Origin: Malacoraja senta
Lineage: Eukaryota
Assembly (NCBI GenBank): GCA_038087875.1
Contig: CM075994.1
Location: 9,550,001-9,614,000 of the forward strand
Reading direction: 5' to 3'
Length of the DNA stretch: 64,000 bases
The position numbers and the translations under genes are program-made. This document shows, piece by piece, positions 12,830 to 24,908 of the stretch. Under the pieces are notes generated by a model, which saw only the letters and a list, made by a program, of their open reading frames with translations, was not told the DNA's origin and did no database searches. Numbering within the stretch: position 1 is the stretch's first letter; every line of letters starts with the position of its first letter.

Positions 12830-14845
12830 ATCTCATCTTGTCTGTGAGTGAGAGTGTTTGTTTGTTTGCCAGCTTTTCATGATCTGAACTACGCCAAAAT
12901 GGTAGACGATAGCGCTAAAATACCACCTTACTCACCATTGTCCTGTGTCAACTTTCGTTCAGATTGATGTTATATTTTATGAGATATTGACATTTAAAAT
13001 TTTACAAAACCCCACTTTCTAGTATATTACTAAAACACTCATCTTGTCTGTGTGATGTGCTGAATTACGCCAAAACGGTACACAATAGTGCTACAATTTT
13101 TGGACCATCTTACACACAATTGTCTTGTATGTTTTATCACAGTTTCGTTCATATTGATGTTATATTTTACAAGTTATTCACATTTTTAACTTTACAAAGC
13201 CTTACTGAGAATAATTACTTCAAGTGCAGTGGCAGTTGGCAGCTATGACGTCACAATGGGATCTCATTTACATAAACACCATTACATCACAATGGAATCT
13301 CATTAAGTTGCACATCTGGGATCGTTAATCTCATTTAGAATTTTCCTTGTGGGGGGTGGGATGGGGGGGGTGAGCGCCGACGCCGCCCCCCAACGTGACG
13401 TTTCATTTAAAAAGCATTGCGCTTTTCATTGTGGAGGGGTGGAATAGGGGAGAGGTTTCATTTACAAAATTAATTCAAGATTTTAATTGTTTAGGGGTGG
13501 GATAGGGAGAGATGAGTGGAGTCGCTGCCCACCCCCCACCCCCTCCCACCCCCTCCCCACATGGGGTCGATTGAGAGTTGTTATTTAAACATTGTGTTTA
13601 ATGGCAGAGTGGGATAGGGTAGCAGGGAGATAGAGGGAGTGGTGGGGGTAGGGAAGGGAGAGGGGTTATGGAGGGAGGGAGGGAGGGAGGGAGGGAGGGA
13701 GGGAGGGATGGAGGGGGGGTGTGACTGAGGGTAGGGGAATGCAGAGGTAAGGGATGGAGTGGAGGAGGGGAGGAGAAGAGAGGAGAGAAGAGGGAAGGTG
13801 AAGAGGAAAGGAAGGAGTGTTAGGGGATGAGGTGAGATGAGCCGTGCCTGAGCAGTAGGGGTCTATGGGTGAGTGGTGGAATATTGCATTGGGGGGATGG
13901 GTTGCATTGGGGGACTAGATATTGGGGGAACGGGTGAGTGGTGGAATTTTGCGTTGGGGGAACGGGGCCCAATGCATCCCACTTGATCGAGTATATTACT
14001 AAAACTCTGATCTTGTTTGTTTCTATGCGTGTGTGTCTGTGTGCCTGTCTGTGTGTGTAGATATCTGCCCGTGTGATTCTGAAATTATACCAAAACAGTA
14101 CGCGATAGCGCTACAATTTTTGAACCACCTTACTCACCATTCTCATGTGGTGTGGTGTATCAAGTATCGTTCATATTGATTGTATATATTACAAATTATT
14201 CACATTTCAAACTTTGCAAAATGCTACTTTGAGAAAAAAATTCTTCCATCTGCACTGGCAGTTAGCAGCTATGACGTCACAATGGGATCTCATTTACATA
14301 AATTGCCTGTCAGTAGTGTCCACTGGCAGTTAGCAGCTATGACGTCACAATGGGATATCATTTACATAAACTGCCCGTCAACAGTGTTCCACCCAGTGCA
14401 ATGAGATATTTGTTACATTGTTGTAAGGAGAGGGAGCTAGAACAGGAGGGGAGGAGGAGAAATGTTATTTAAACATTGTGTTTAGTGTGGTGGAGTGGGT
14501 TAGGGGAGAGGTGAGGAGTGGGGGAGCAGGGAGATAGAGGAAGTGGAGGGGAGAGGGGTTATGGAGGGAGGGAGGGAGGGAGTGACTGAGGGTAGGAGAT
14601 AGGAGAGGGAGGGAGAGGTGAGGGAAATAGTGGAGGAGGGAGTAGGAGAGGGGAGAGAAGAGGCAGGGTTAAAAGAAGGGGGAGGGAGTGTTGGGGATGA
14701 TGGGAAATGAGCCACACCTGCGCAGCTGGGGGCCATGGGTGAGTGGTGGAATATTGCATTGGGGAAAGGATTGCGTTAGGGGAATGGGTGAGTGGTGGAA
14801 TATTGAGTTGGGGGAACGGGGCCCATTGGGTCCCACTTGGTCTAG
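12830..14845 (+). mobile_element. Head-to-tail array of non-autonomous Helitron-like elements
   Basis: Units start tatattactaaaac..tcatcttg (13023, 13992). They end with a hairpin (gggcccattgggtccc), a short spacer and CTAG followed by T (14842-14845), or a degenerate CGAG (13988-13991). Purine-rich interior. Paralogous block at ~25190-26328. Confidence 0.65.
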
Positions 14846-15124
14846 TTACACCTAAAATCCAGTCACAGGACCACAAAAATACTGTTGGAGCCAATTATAT
14901 TTAGGCCAGTTACTGTTGGCATATTATATTATTTTGTCTAGATATTTCTAGCAGTATTATTTTGGACACTTGGGGGCAGTCATTTGATGATAGAGGGGGT
15001 AACATTTGGGCTTGGGGGGACAGGGACTCAGACCAGGCATAGGAGGTGGAGAGAATTGAAAGTTACAATTTATATGAGAATAAGGAGAACCTGAAATGTT
15101 CATCTCTTTGTTTGTACCACTACT

Positions 15125-16890
15125 TCAGAGGGCTAGTATGAAGATTGTGGGCCGAATGGATTCTTGGGCTGGCAGCTCAGTCACTCAGGCCTGGTGGGCT
15201 GGCAGCTCAGTCATTCAGGACTAGTGGGCTAGCAGCTCAGTCACTCAGGCCTGGTGGGCTGGCAACTCAGTCACTCAGGCCTAGTGGGCTGGCCGCTCAG
15301 TCACTCAGGGCTGGTGGGCTGGCAGCTCAGTCACTCGGGGCTGGTGGGTTTGCAGGTCAGAAACTGCCAGAAATTCTGCCCAAAACAGGTGAGGGATTCT
15401 GTGAGAGAGAAGGGGGAGACGGCGGAGAATCAATTTTAGACATTTTTCATCTTTATTTGCAGATCACAGCAATGAAGGAGGAAATTCAATCCTGGCCTGG
15501 ATCTCACAGATAGCCAATGAAGGGAGGGAGAAAAATACTGGGGTGATGTTTAATACTCGCAGGGGGAATACTTACTGATGGGCCGAAGGAACAGCGCCTG
15601 GGCTAGTACTGGCCTGATGGGCCAAAGGGATTCGATTAAAAAATCTGAGTGACATTTCAGTAGAAAGGCACTTTTTCTGGACTTTTCCATTTCAATTTCA
15701 AGCACAGGGCAGGCCAAACAACTCATTTCATTTTCATTTCATTTTCATTTTCATTTCCATTTCAATTTCAAGCACAGGGCAGGCCAAATAACTAATTTCA
15801 TTTTCATTTCATTTCATTTCCTTTTCCATTTCCATTTCCATTTCAAGCACAGGGCAGGCCAAACAACTCATTTCATTTTCATGCCATTTCCATTTCCATT
15901 TCCATATCCATTTCAATTTCAAGCACAGGGCAGGCCAAACAACTCATTTCATTTTCCTTTCATTTCCATTCCCATTTCAATTTCAAGCACAGGGGAGGCC
16001 AAACAACTCATTTCATTTCCATTTCCATTTCAAGCGCAGGGCAGGCCAAACAACTAATTTCATTTTCATTTAATTTCCATTGCCATTTGCATTTCAATTT
16101 CAAGCACAGGGCAGGCAAACAACTCCTTTCATTTTCATTTCATTTCCATTTCCATTTCAATTTGAAGCACAGGGCAGGCCAAACAACTCATTACATTTTC
16201 CTTTCATTTCCATTTCCTTTTCCATTTCCATTTCCATTTCCATTTCAATTTCAAGCACAGGGCAGGCCAAACAATTCATTTCATTTTCATTTCATTTCCA
16301 ATTCTATTTCCATTTACGTTTCAAGCACAGGTCAGGCCAAACAACTCATTTCATTTTCATTTCATTTCCATTTCCTTTTCAGTTTCAAGCACAGGGCAGG
16401 CCAAACAACTCATTTCATTTTCATTTCCATTTCCATTTTAATTTCAAGCACAGGGGAGGCCAAACAACTCATTTCATTTTCATTAAGGGCTAACAAATCA
16501 TTTATTGCAAGTACATTGGAGACTCACAGTTCAGTAGACTCACAGTTCAGTTGACTCACAGCTTAGAATCGCAGTTGTGGACTCTGCCTCGCGATCTTCC
16601 AGAGTGACTGACCCATGTCCAGCATCCGGGGCTTTATACTGCTGGCCCCCTCGGAAGGGGCGTTACCTTCATCAAGGTGATTGAAATGTGAGAGGACCAA
16701 TCAACTGATCTCAAGATATTTTAAACATTCAAACTTTATTATTTTTCAGCAATCGGAAAAATCCTTGAGGCTGCTGCAGGAGGAGGACTGCGAGGAAGAT
16801 GGTGTTAAAATCATAGCAATACAGGTAGCGTTGTTTCTAAAATCAATTAGCGTAGACAGGAAGTGGTCAAGATGAGACTTTTAGTAAAAT
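15125..16890 (-). mobile_element. Helitron-like element (same 5' motif, reverse orientation) carrying a 30-bp and a (TTTCCA)-rich satellite
   Basis: Right end caagatgagacttttagtaaaata is the reverse complement of the family 5' motif. Contains a 30-bp repeat gggctggcagctcagtcactcaggcctggt (~15165-15350) and a variable satellite tttcaagcacagggcaggccaaacaactcatttcatttt (~15685-16485). Paralogues at ~26635-28355 and, partially, 29385-29745. Confidence 0.6.
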
Positions 16891-19419
16891 AATAAATAGA
16901 TGTAGAGAGGTGGTTATCTGAAGTTGGACAGCAAATTACACACTCCATAGCTGAAAGTGTCATACATCAGATTGTTGTAGAATCAGAAGAAATTGGACCT
17001 GAAGATTGTGTTTCAAATGTCTCAAAACAAAGATCAAGCCACAAATCTAATTCTTCTTCATGTGCCATTCGGCCCATCAAGTCTATTCCGCCATTCAATC
17101 GTGGGTCACCTATCTCTCCCATCTAACTGCATTCTCCCGCCTTCTCCCCATAACCTCTGACACCCGTACTAATCAAGAATCTATCTGTGCCTTAAAAATA
17201 TCCATTGACTTGGCCTCCACAGCCTTCTGTGGCAATGAATTCCACAGATTCACCCTCCTCTGACTAAAGAAATTCCTCCTCATCTCCTTCCTGAAGGAAC
17301 GTCCTTTAATAAGCGAGTTCGGTATCTCGATAAACGCAAGGAATCATGGGATTTGTCAAAGGTCATTCGGGATAAACAAGCTAACTCAGCGCTGTATAAA
17401 CAGTATATAAATTGTGAACTATTCTACCAAGGAAGTAATCTAGAATTCTGTCAACTCAACAGCTTCCTGTCTTGTTCTGCTTCAGAAACAACTGCAGATG
17501 CTGGAGAAATCGAAGGCAGACAAAAATGCTGGAGTAACGCAGCGGGTGAGGCAGCATCTATGGAGCGAAGGAATAGGTGACGTTTCGGGTCGTGACCCTT
17601 CTTCTGACTCCTTCTTGTTCTGCTGTTCACACACTACTCACACAGTCCCAGTTCTAGTTCACTTCATCAATCTACAATTATGAGATATTCAAAAAGTTAA
17701 AGAATTTATTATTTTCATTTAATCCTTAATGTGTTTGCTACTGGAATAAGAAAATATTACTTGTGTTTAAAACATTTTCTTATCTTTGTTCATAATTTAT
17801 GTGTAAAAATATATTTAATCTGAGGCAGGCAGTGACTGTATCAGTGTGATGTGGGCTGAATGTGGCGTGAATGTACCGTTAAGGCAAAGATTCATCTCCG
17901 AGGAAATCTGAGTACAGGGTTGGCCATGTGAAGGAGCTGCCAATCTGATATAAGACATTTAACTGTGAAATGCCTGCCCTTTAGTATTGGATAGATTGAG
18001 TGGAGGGTCTGTGCTGTTCCATGTTTGCGGTGGATGTGGTGTGTTTCCCCCAGCCATCTCGCCCAGTGCACGTTGACCAGCACAGTTCACCAGCCCTTGT
18101 TAGCAGAGCCTCTTGGTGTAGGTGTTACCCGAAGCCCAAAGGTTTTGTGCAGGTTCTGCGTTAGGATTGGGTACGCAGCGAGCTAGCGAGAGGGCTGTCA
18201 GATCAGACCAGCGCAGGTTGCCGAGTGGCCGAAGGGCGGATTTTAATGGGTCGTTATTAAACTGTTCCATCTGTGCAGCATCTCTGGAGAACACGGATAG
18301 GTACAAAGTGCTGGAGTAACTCAGCGGGTCAGGCAGCAACTCTGGAGAACATGGATAGGTACAAAGTGCTGGAGTAACTCCGTGGGTCAGGCAGCATCTC
18401 TGGAGAACATGGATAGGTACAAAGTGCTGGAGTAACTCCGTGGGTCAGGCAGCATCTCTGGAGAACGCAGATAAACAAGTCAGTTTGGGACTCTTTTTCC
18501 GACTCCACCCGTCCAGGTTCTCCACAGATGCTGCCTGACCCGCTGAGTTACTCCAGCACTTTGTGTCTTTCTGCCCAAGCCACGTGAATAATCTTTTTGC
18601 TGCTTCCAGTTTCGATTCAGATTTCCAATTAGTTTTTCGTGGAACAGATCACATCTCCGCGAGGCAGTCTACCTTGACTGAAGGCTGTTACATAACATGA
18701 ATAACCCGTTTCCAAACTGCCGGGAGCAATCTCCTTCCTGCATCTTGTTTTTACACTTGAACAGATAAACAAGGGGATTGAGGGCAGCAGGTTGGAGCAG
18801 CGGTAGAGTTGCTGCCTCACAGCACCAGAGACCCGGGTTACATCCTGACCACATCCTGTGCGGAGTTTGTACGTTCTCCCCGTGACCTGCGTGGGTTTTC
18901 TCTGAGATCTTCTAGAGCCATTTCACTGAGATCTTGTAGAGCCATTTAGAACGGAGATGAGGAAACACTTTTTCACACAGAGAGTTGTGAGTCTGTGGAA
19001 TACTCTGCCTCAGAGGGTGGTGGAGGCCGGTTCTCTGGATACTTTCAAGAGAGAGCTAGATAGGGCTCTTAAAGACAGTGGAGTCAGGGGATATGGGGAA
19101 AAGGCAGGAACGGGGTACTGATTGGAGATGATCAGCCATGATCACATCGAATGGCGGTGCTGGCTCGAAGGGCCGAATGGCCTACTCCTGCACCTATTGT
19201 CTATTGTCTATGATCTTCGGTTTCCCCCATACTCCAAAGATCTGCAGGTTTGTAGGTTAATTTGGCTTCAGTTAACAATTGTAAATTGCCCCTAGTGCGT
19301 GTAGGATAGTGGTAGTGTATGCGGGGATTGTTGGCTGGCGTGGACACTGTGGGCCAAAGGGCCTGTATCCATGCTGTATCTCCAAACTAAATGTACAATT
19401 GGTTCTTCACGCGAACAAA

Positions 19420-19985
19420 AGCTTTTCACTGTGTTTTTGTACTCTTATACATCGGCGAGACCAAACGCAGACTGGGCGATCGCTTCGCTGAACACCTTCG
19501 CTCAGCCCGCCTGAACCATCCTGATTTCCAGGTTGCCAAACACTTTAATTCTCCTTCCCATTCCCACACTGACCTTTCTGTCCTGGCCCTCCTCCATTGT
19601 CAGAGTGAGGCCCAGCGCAAATTGGAGGAACAGCACCTCATATTTAGCTTGGGCAGCTTACACCCCAGCGGTATGAATTTTGACTTATGTAACTTCAAGT
19701 AACCCCTATATCCCCTCTCTCTCTCTCCATCCCTCCCCCACCCACGTCGCACCAGCTTCTCGTTCTCATCCAGCAAACAGCTAACAATGGCCTGTTTCCT
19801 TTATCATCGTTACATTTCTGCATATCTTTCATTCATTGTTCTTTATCTCTCTATATCATCGTCTATATCTCTCGTTTCCCTTATCCCTAACCAGCCTGAA
19901 GAAGGGTCTCGACCCTAAACGTCACCCATTCCTTATCTCTAGTGATGCTGCCTGTCCCGCTGAGCTACTCCAGTTTTTGTGTCTT
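19420..19985 (+). mobile_element. Penelope-like element remnant (GIY-YIG endonuclease end plus terminal repeat)
   Basis: LLYIGETKRRLGDRFAEHLRS...VAKHFNSPSH...RKLEEQHLIFSLGSLHPSGMN is a PLE GIY-YIG C-terminus. Shorter copies at ~6650-7055, 36220-36595, 39050-39230, 61040-61410 and 63940-64000. Confidence 0.85.
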
Positions 19986-20664
19986 ATCAACAGGTTTTCG
20001 TAGTACCTCAATAGACAATAGACAATAGGTGCAGGAGTAGGCCATTCGGCCCTTCGGCCATTCATTGTGGTCATGGCTGATCATCCACAATCAGTACCCC
20101 GTTCCTGCCTTCTCCCCTTATCCCTTGATTCCGCTATCTTTAAGAGCTCTATCTAGCTCTCTCCTGAAAGCATCCAGCGAACCGGCCTCCACTGCCTTCT
20201 GAGGCAGAGATTTCCACAGATTCACTACTCACTGGGTGAAAAAGTGTTTCCTCATCTCCGTTCTAAGTGGCCCCTTATTCTATTAAACTGTGGCCCTAGG
20301 TTCTGGTATGTCCAATCCCTTAATAATCTTATATGTTTCAATAAGATGCCCTCTCATCCTTCTAAATTCCAGTGTATACAAGCCCAGTCACTCCATTCTT
20401 TCAACTTATGACAGTTTTGGAGGCCAAGTAAATGGATATTTTTACGGCATAGATAGATTCTTGATTAGTACGGGTGTCACAGGTTATGGGGAGAAGGCAG
20501 GAGAATGGGGTTAGGAGGGAGAGATAGGTCAGCCACGATTGAACGGCGGAATAGACTTGATGGGCCAAATGGCCTAATTCTGCTCCTATCACTTATGAAC
20601 TCAGTGGGTCAGGCAGCATCTCTGGAGAAAATGAATAGGTTACATTTCGGGTCGAGACCTTTCA

Positions 20665-21380
20665 AATTCTCATAATTATCACTGCCCAGTCACCCGGACC
20701 CGACTCCCAACTCCCTGAAAGACTCCACAGAGAGGCGACTTTTTCCATGTCGCCTCCCTCGCGGCCTATCAGCTTGGATTGGAGCAGCCTTTCCCAGATT
20801 CGGGCCCGGAACTTCAGCAGCGGGCGCAGCGTGGACCTTTCCATTGCAGTGCTGGGGAAAACCCTTGCCGGGGGTCGCAAGAGAGGAGTGCTCCAATAGC
20901 TGGCCTGGTGACTTTGGCGTCGTGGGGTTGTGGTCTGCGGAGCTTCTAGCCGCGGGCATGGCTTGGACTTACCATATGGAGCCTGGGATCCCTCGCCGGG
21001 GATCGCCGGAGAAGAGCTCCGACCGCCGGCCTGCGGCCTATAACATCCAGAAACCGCGGTCTCCGATAGGAAAGTGCCGAGTCGGGACCTCCAAGCCGCG
21101 GAGTATGTTTGACTGTCCCGACGTCGGAGATTTGAGAGGGCCAGTACATCCGGCCGTCCGTAGCAGCGACTACGGAGGGTTCATGGCCCTGACCACGGGT
21201 GGACTGACTGAACTTTGTTGCCTTCCATCACAGTGGAGAATGCTATGGTGGATGTTTGTGTTAAATTCTATTGTGTATTGTGTGTTCCTTTTAAGTGTAT
21301 CGCAGCTGGCAGATTCATATCACTGCACCTTCGGGAGCATGTGACGAATAAAATTGACTTTGACTTTGACTTTGACTTTG
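20665..21380 (+). mobile_element. Unclassified GC-rich non-coding interspersed element with a (TTTGAC)n tail
   Basis: CpG-rich body ending gtgacgaataaaattgactttgactttgac. GC-rich elements of similar style at ~21720-22110 and ~44940-45770 (the latter inserted into a CR1 fragment). Confidence 0.5.
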
Positions 21381-22549
21381 ATTTGAACCAACCCCAGAAG
21401 TTAAAGCGACAGCATCTTTATTTAAGCCAACCCACCTGGAAAGTTTAACCAGCCTGTTGGAATCCAATCTGAACTTTCCAACCCACCCCCCACACGGCAC
21501 ATTCTGCTGGGTTTTCTTCAATTCAGGAAGGTTGTTTAGATAGGAATGTAAGGACCGTCTCAAATTGGTTGACCACACAACTTGTAATTCGTGTAAATCA
21601 ATATCAAATTTGAATGGCTGTGACTCAGGCTAATGCCAGGGATTTGATCATTAACAGGTTCGTTCCAGGCATTCTTGAGTTTTCAGGTTTGGTGCTGTAT
21701 TGAGTCATTGGGAGGAGCCACCTTGGGGAACGGCTGCTAACCAGCAGCCGTCCGTTAATTTCACTTTTTTCTTTAGTTTTTAGTTAATCTATGTCTGTCT
21801 TTCCTGGGGAATTTGACTTTTCTTGTGGGGGGGCAATGGGGGAAACTATTTTTAGGTCCCTACCTTGGTCGGTGAGGCGGCTTTTTCTCCAGGCTGCCCC
21901 GTCGACCCGTCCTTGCGGCCTACCAGCGGGCCTGGAGCGGCGTTTCCTGGTGGGGACCGCCTCGCACCTTCAGCTTTGGTGGCGGCACAGCGCTGGAGCG
22001 CTATCGCGGAGCGGAGCGGGCGATGCCTTGCCTGGGTCGCCGCGCTGGATCGACGCGCTGGAGCTCCGGTGAGTGATAAGTGTAATGATAAGTGTAATGA
22101 TAAATAAAAATAAAAAAATAATTGTGGATTAGTGCAGCCTACAGTACGTTGTGTCCGACTGCTGACATACTTGACGGATACATTTATTTATGAATCTCAT
22201 TGAAATTAATACGCAGGTCCGTACACACACAGTCGCTCAGCTGGCAAGAGTGTTTATCCCGAATGACCTATAACCTGGGCATGCTCAGTTGTAATACCGA
22301 ACTTGCTTATACGCAGAGGGGCGTAAGAGATATTTAGTATTGTTTCTTTATTGATAGTTTTCTGTGCTTTATTTGTGTTTGCTTTAATAAATAATTATTT
22401 GTGCTCTTCAAGAGAGAATTAGATTTAGCTGTTGGGGCGAACGGAATCAAGGGATTTGGCAGAAAAAGCAGGAACGGCAACAAATCTACCGCCACATCCC
22501 CTAAAATCTGGAGAAGTGACCCGACCAGAAACGTCACCAGTCTAGGTTC

Positions 22550-22925
22550 TCCAGAGATGTTGCCCGACCACCTGAGTTACTCTGCAGATGTTGCCTGACC
22601 ACCTGAGTTACTCCACAGATGTTGCCTGACCACCTGAGTTAATCCACAGATGTTGCCTGACCACCTGAGTTACTCTACAGATGTTGCCTGACTACCTGAG
22701 TTACTCTACAGATGTTGCCTGATCACCTGAGTTACTCCACAGATGTTGCCTGCCCACCTGAGTTACTCCACAGATGTTGCCTGATCACCTGAGTTACTCC
22801 ACAGATGTTGCCTGATCACCTGATTTACTCTACAGATGTTGCCTGATCACCTGAGTTACTCCACAGATGTTGCCTGCCCACCTGAGTTACTCCACAGATG
22901 TTGCCTGACCACCTGAATTACTCCG
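22550..22925. repeat. 31-bp minisatellite (~12 copies) amplified from a short repeat
   Basis: Unit cagatgttgcctgaccacctgagttactcca; only ~4 copies at the paralogous site ~55545-55670. Confidence 0.9.
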
Positions 22926-23363
22926 GATATTTGTGGGAGGATGTTCGTTACCAGCACCAGCAGTTCTTTGTATCTACATGCTTGATTCCTTCTCTCCACA
23001 GATGACTGGTTTGGTAAAGTCAGCATTTCATGCGTATCTCTTTCGTAAAGCTCGTCCCATTATCATCTATTCCAGTAATTCAGGTTTTCTCTATCACGTA
23101 GTCATTAGAAATTCGATCTTTTCCTTGCCTCCTCCCCCTACCTCTGTAAGTCCATCCCATAGTCAAAATCACAAGGGATTTTCAATAAAGGCTCAGAGTG
23201 CTGGCGTAACTCGGCGAGTCGGGCAGCATCTCTGGAGAACACGGACTGGTGACGTTTCCTGTTGGGATCCTTCTACAGATTTCAGGGAATTTGAAGACTT
23301 CTGTATCCGAAATTTGTCCTGTTCTCTCTCTTGCCCTCGAAGCTCAGCTGTTCAAATCCAAAG

Positions 23364-24908
23364 ATGAATTACCTTGTGGTCCTGGTAGCTGGTCTCATTC
23401 TCAGTGCCTCTCCGGGTAAGGAAATATAACTATTGTTGTTGTCCTCTACTTTAACTGTGGAAAGGCATTTTAGATTCTCAAGTGGGATTGGAATTCTTGG
23501 TTAAACATTAAGCTGTGTGTTCGTTCACATGTAGAGAGTTTGTTACTGAATATGAAGTTAGTTATTGTCAAGTTTTATTGTTATATGTCCCAGATAGAAG
23601 GAATGGTGACATTTCAGGTCGAGACCCTTCCTTCTCTCCAGAGATGCTGCTTGTCCCACTGAGTTACTCCAGCATTTTATGTCTATCTTCGGTGTCAACC
23701 TGTAGTTCCTTGCCACACACACTCACACACGCACACACACGATCACACACACATATGTACACATGAAACAAACAATAATAGTGCAAAAAAGTAAAACTAT
23801 ACGTGTATAGGTAGCTTAGATACTACTTTGGCAGTGTGTAGGATACTGCTAGTGTACGGGGTGATCACTGGTAGGCACGGACTCGGTGGGCCGAAGGGCC
23901 TGTTTAACTTCTGTAAATATCAAGAGGGCTCTACAGCACTGATGTGTAGGAAGGAACTGCAGATGTTGGTTTACACCAAAAATGGACACAAAGTGCTGGA
24001 GTAACTCAGCGGGACTGGCAGCATCTCTGGAGAGAAGGAATAGTTGACGTTTCGGCTCAAGAAACAGGCGCCACAGAACCAGGGGCCACAATTTAAGAAT
24101 AAGGAATAAGGAGTAAGCCATTTAGAACGGAGACGTGAAAACACTTTTTCTCACAGAGAGTGGTGAGTCTGTGGAATTCTCTGCCTCAGAGTGTGGTGGA
24201 GGCCTGTTCTCTGGATGCTTTCAAGAGAGAGCTAGATAGGGCTCTTAAAAATACCGGAGTCATGGGATATGGGGAGGAGGCAGGTACGGGGTACTGATTG
24301 GGGATGATCAGCCATGATCACATTGAATGGCGGTGCTGGCTCAAAGGGCCGAATGGCCTACTCCTGCACCTATTGTCTATGATCTATTGTCTATTGAGAC
24401 CCTTCTTCAGACTGAGAGTCAGGGGAAAGGGAAACGAGAGATATAGACGTTGATATCGAGAGATATTGAACAAATGAATGAAAGATATGCAAGAAGGAAA
24501 AAATGATAAAGGAAACAGGCCATTGTTAGCTGTGGGCGAGGTGAGAATGAGTTACAGTTAATGAGAGTGGAAAAGACGACTTTCAAACCAGAACAACCAG
24601 TTGGGATTTGGGAGGGTCTCGACCAAAACATCACCTACACTCTTCTCCAGAGCGGCTGCCTGACCCGCTGAGTTACTCCAGCATTTTGTGTCGGTATTGT
24701 TCCACGTTTATTGAATGGAGTTGCTCGTTTTCAGAGCAGCAGCAGAACGAGCTGCAGGTGTCTCTCACACAACCTCATCTGTTTTGTTCTCAATGAACAG
24801 GAAAGTGTTTGCGGTGTTACTCCTGCCAAGCATCAACCGAAAGATGCGTGGATAATACTGTGAACTGCTCTGCAGGGGAGCAATGCTAGCTTGTGGTTCC
24901 AGAGGCTG
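23364..24908 (+). pseudogene. Ly6/uPAR copy 2 pseudogene; exon1 23364..23415, exon2 24801..24908, exon 3 deleted
   Basis: MNYLVVLVAGLILSASP-GKCLRCYSCQASTERCVDNTVNCSAGEQC*LVVPEA has an in-frame TAG at 24887-24889. Intron-2 homology stops at ~25105 and resumes at ~25190 in sequence matching ~13607, so ~2.7 kb including exon 3 is missing. Confidence 0.9.

Noticed and set aside
16080..16554. Phe/His/Ile-rich ORFs (also 27320-27928)
   Set aside because: Products of the TTTCCA-rich satellite.
22550..22925. 31-bp direct repeats resembling a CRISPR array (also the 30-, 36- and 66-bp arrays)
   Set aside because: No unique spacers, no cas genes and a eukaryotic context; these are plain minisatellites.
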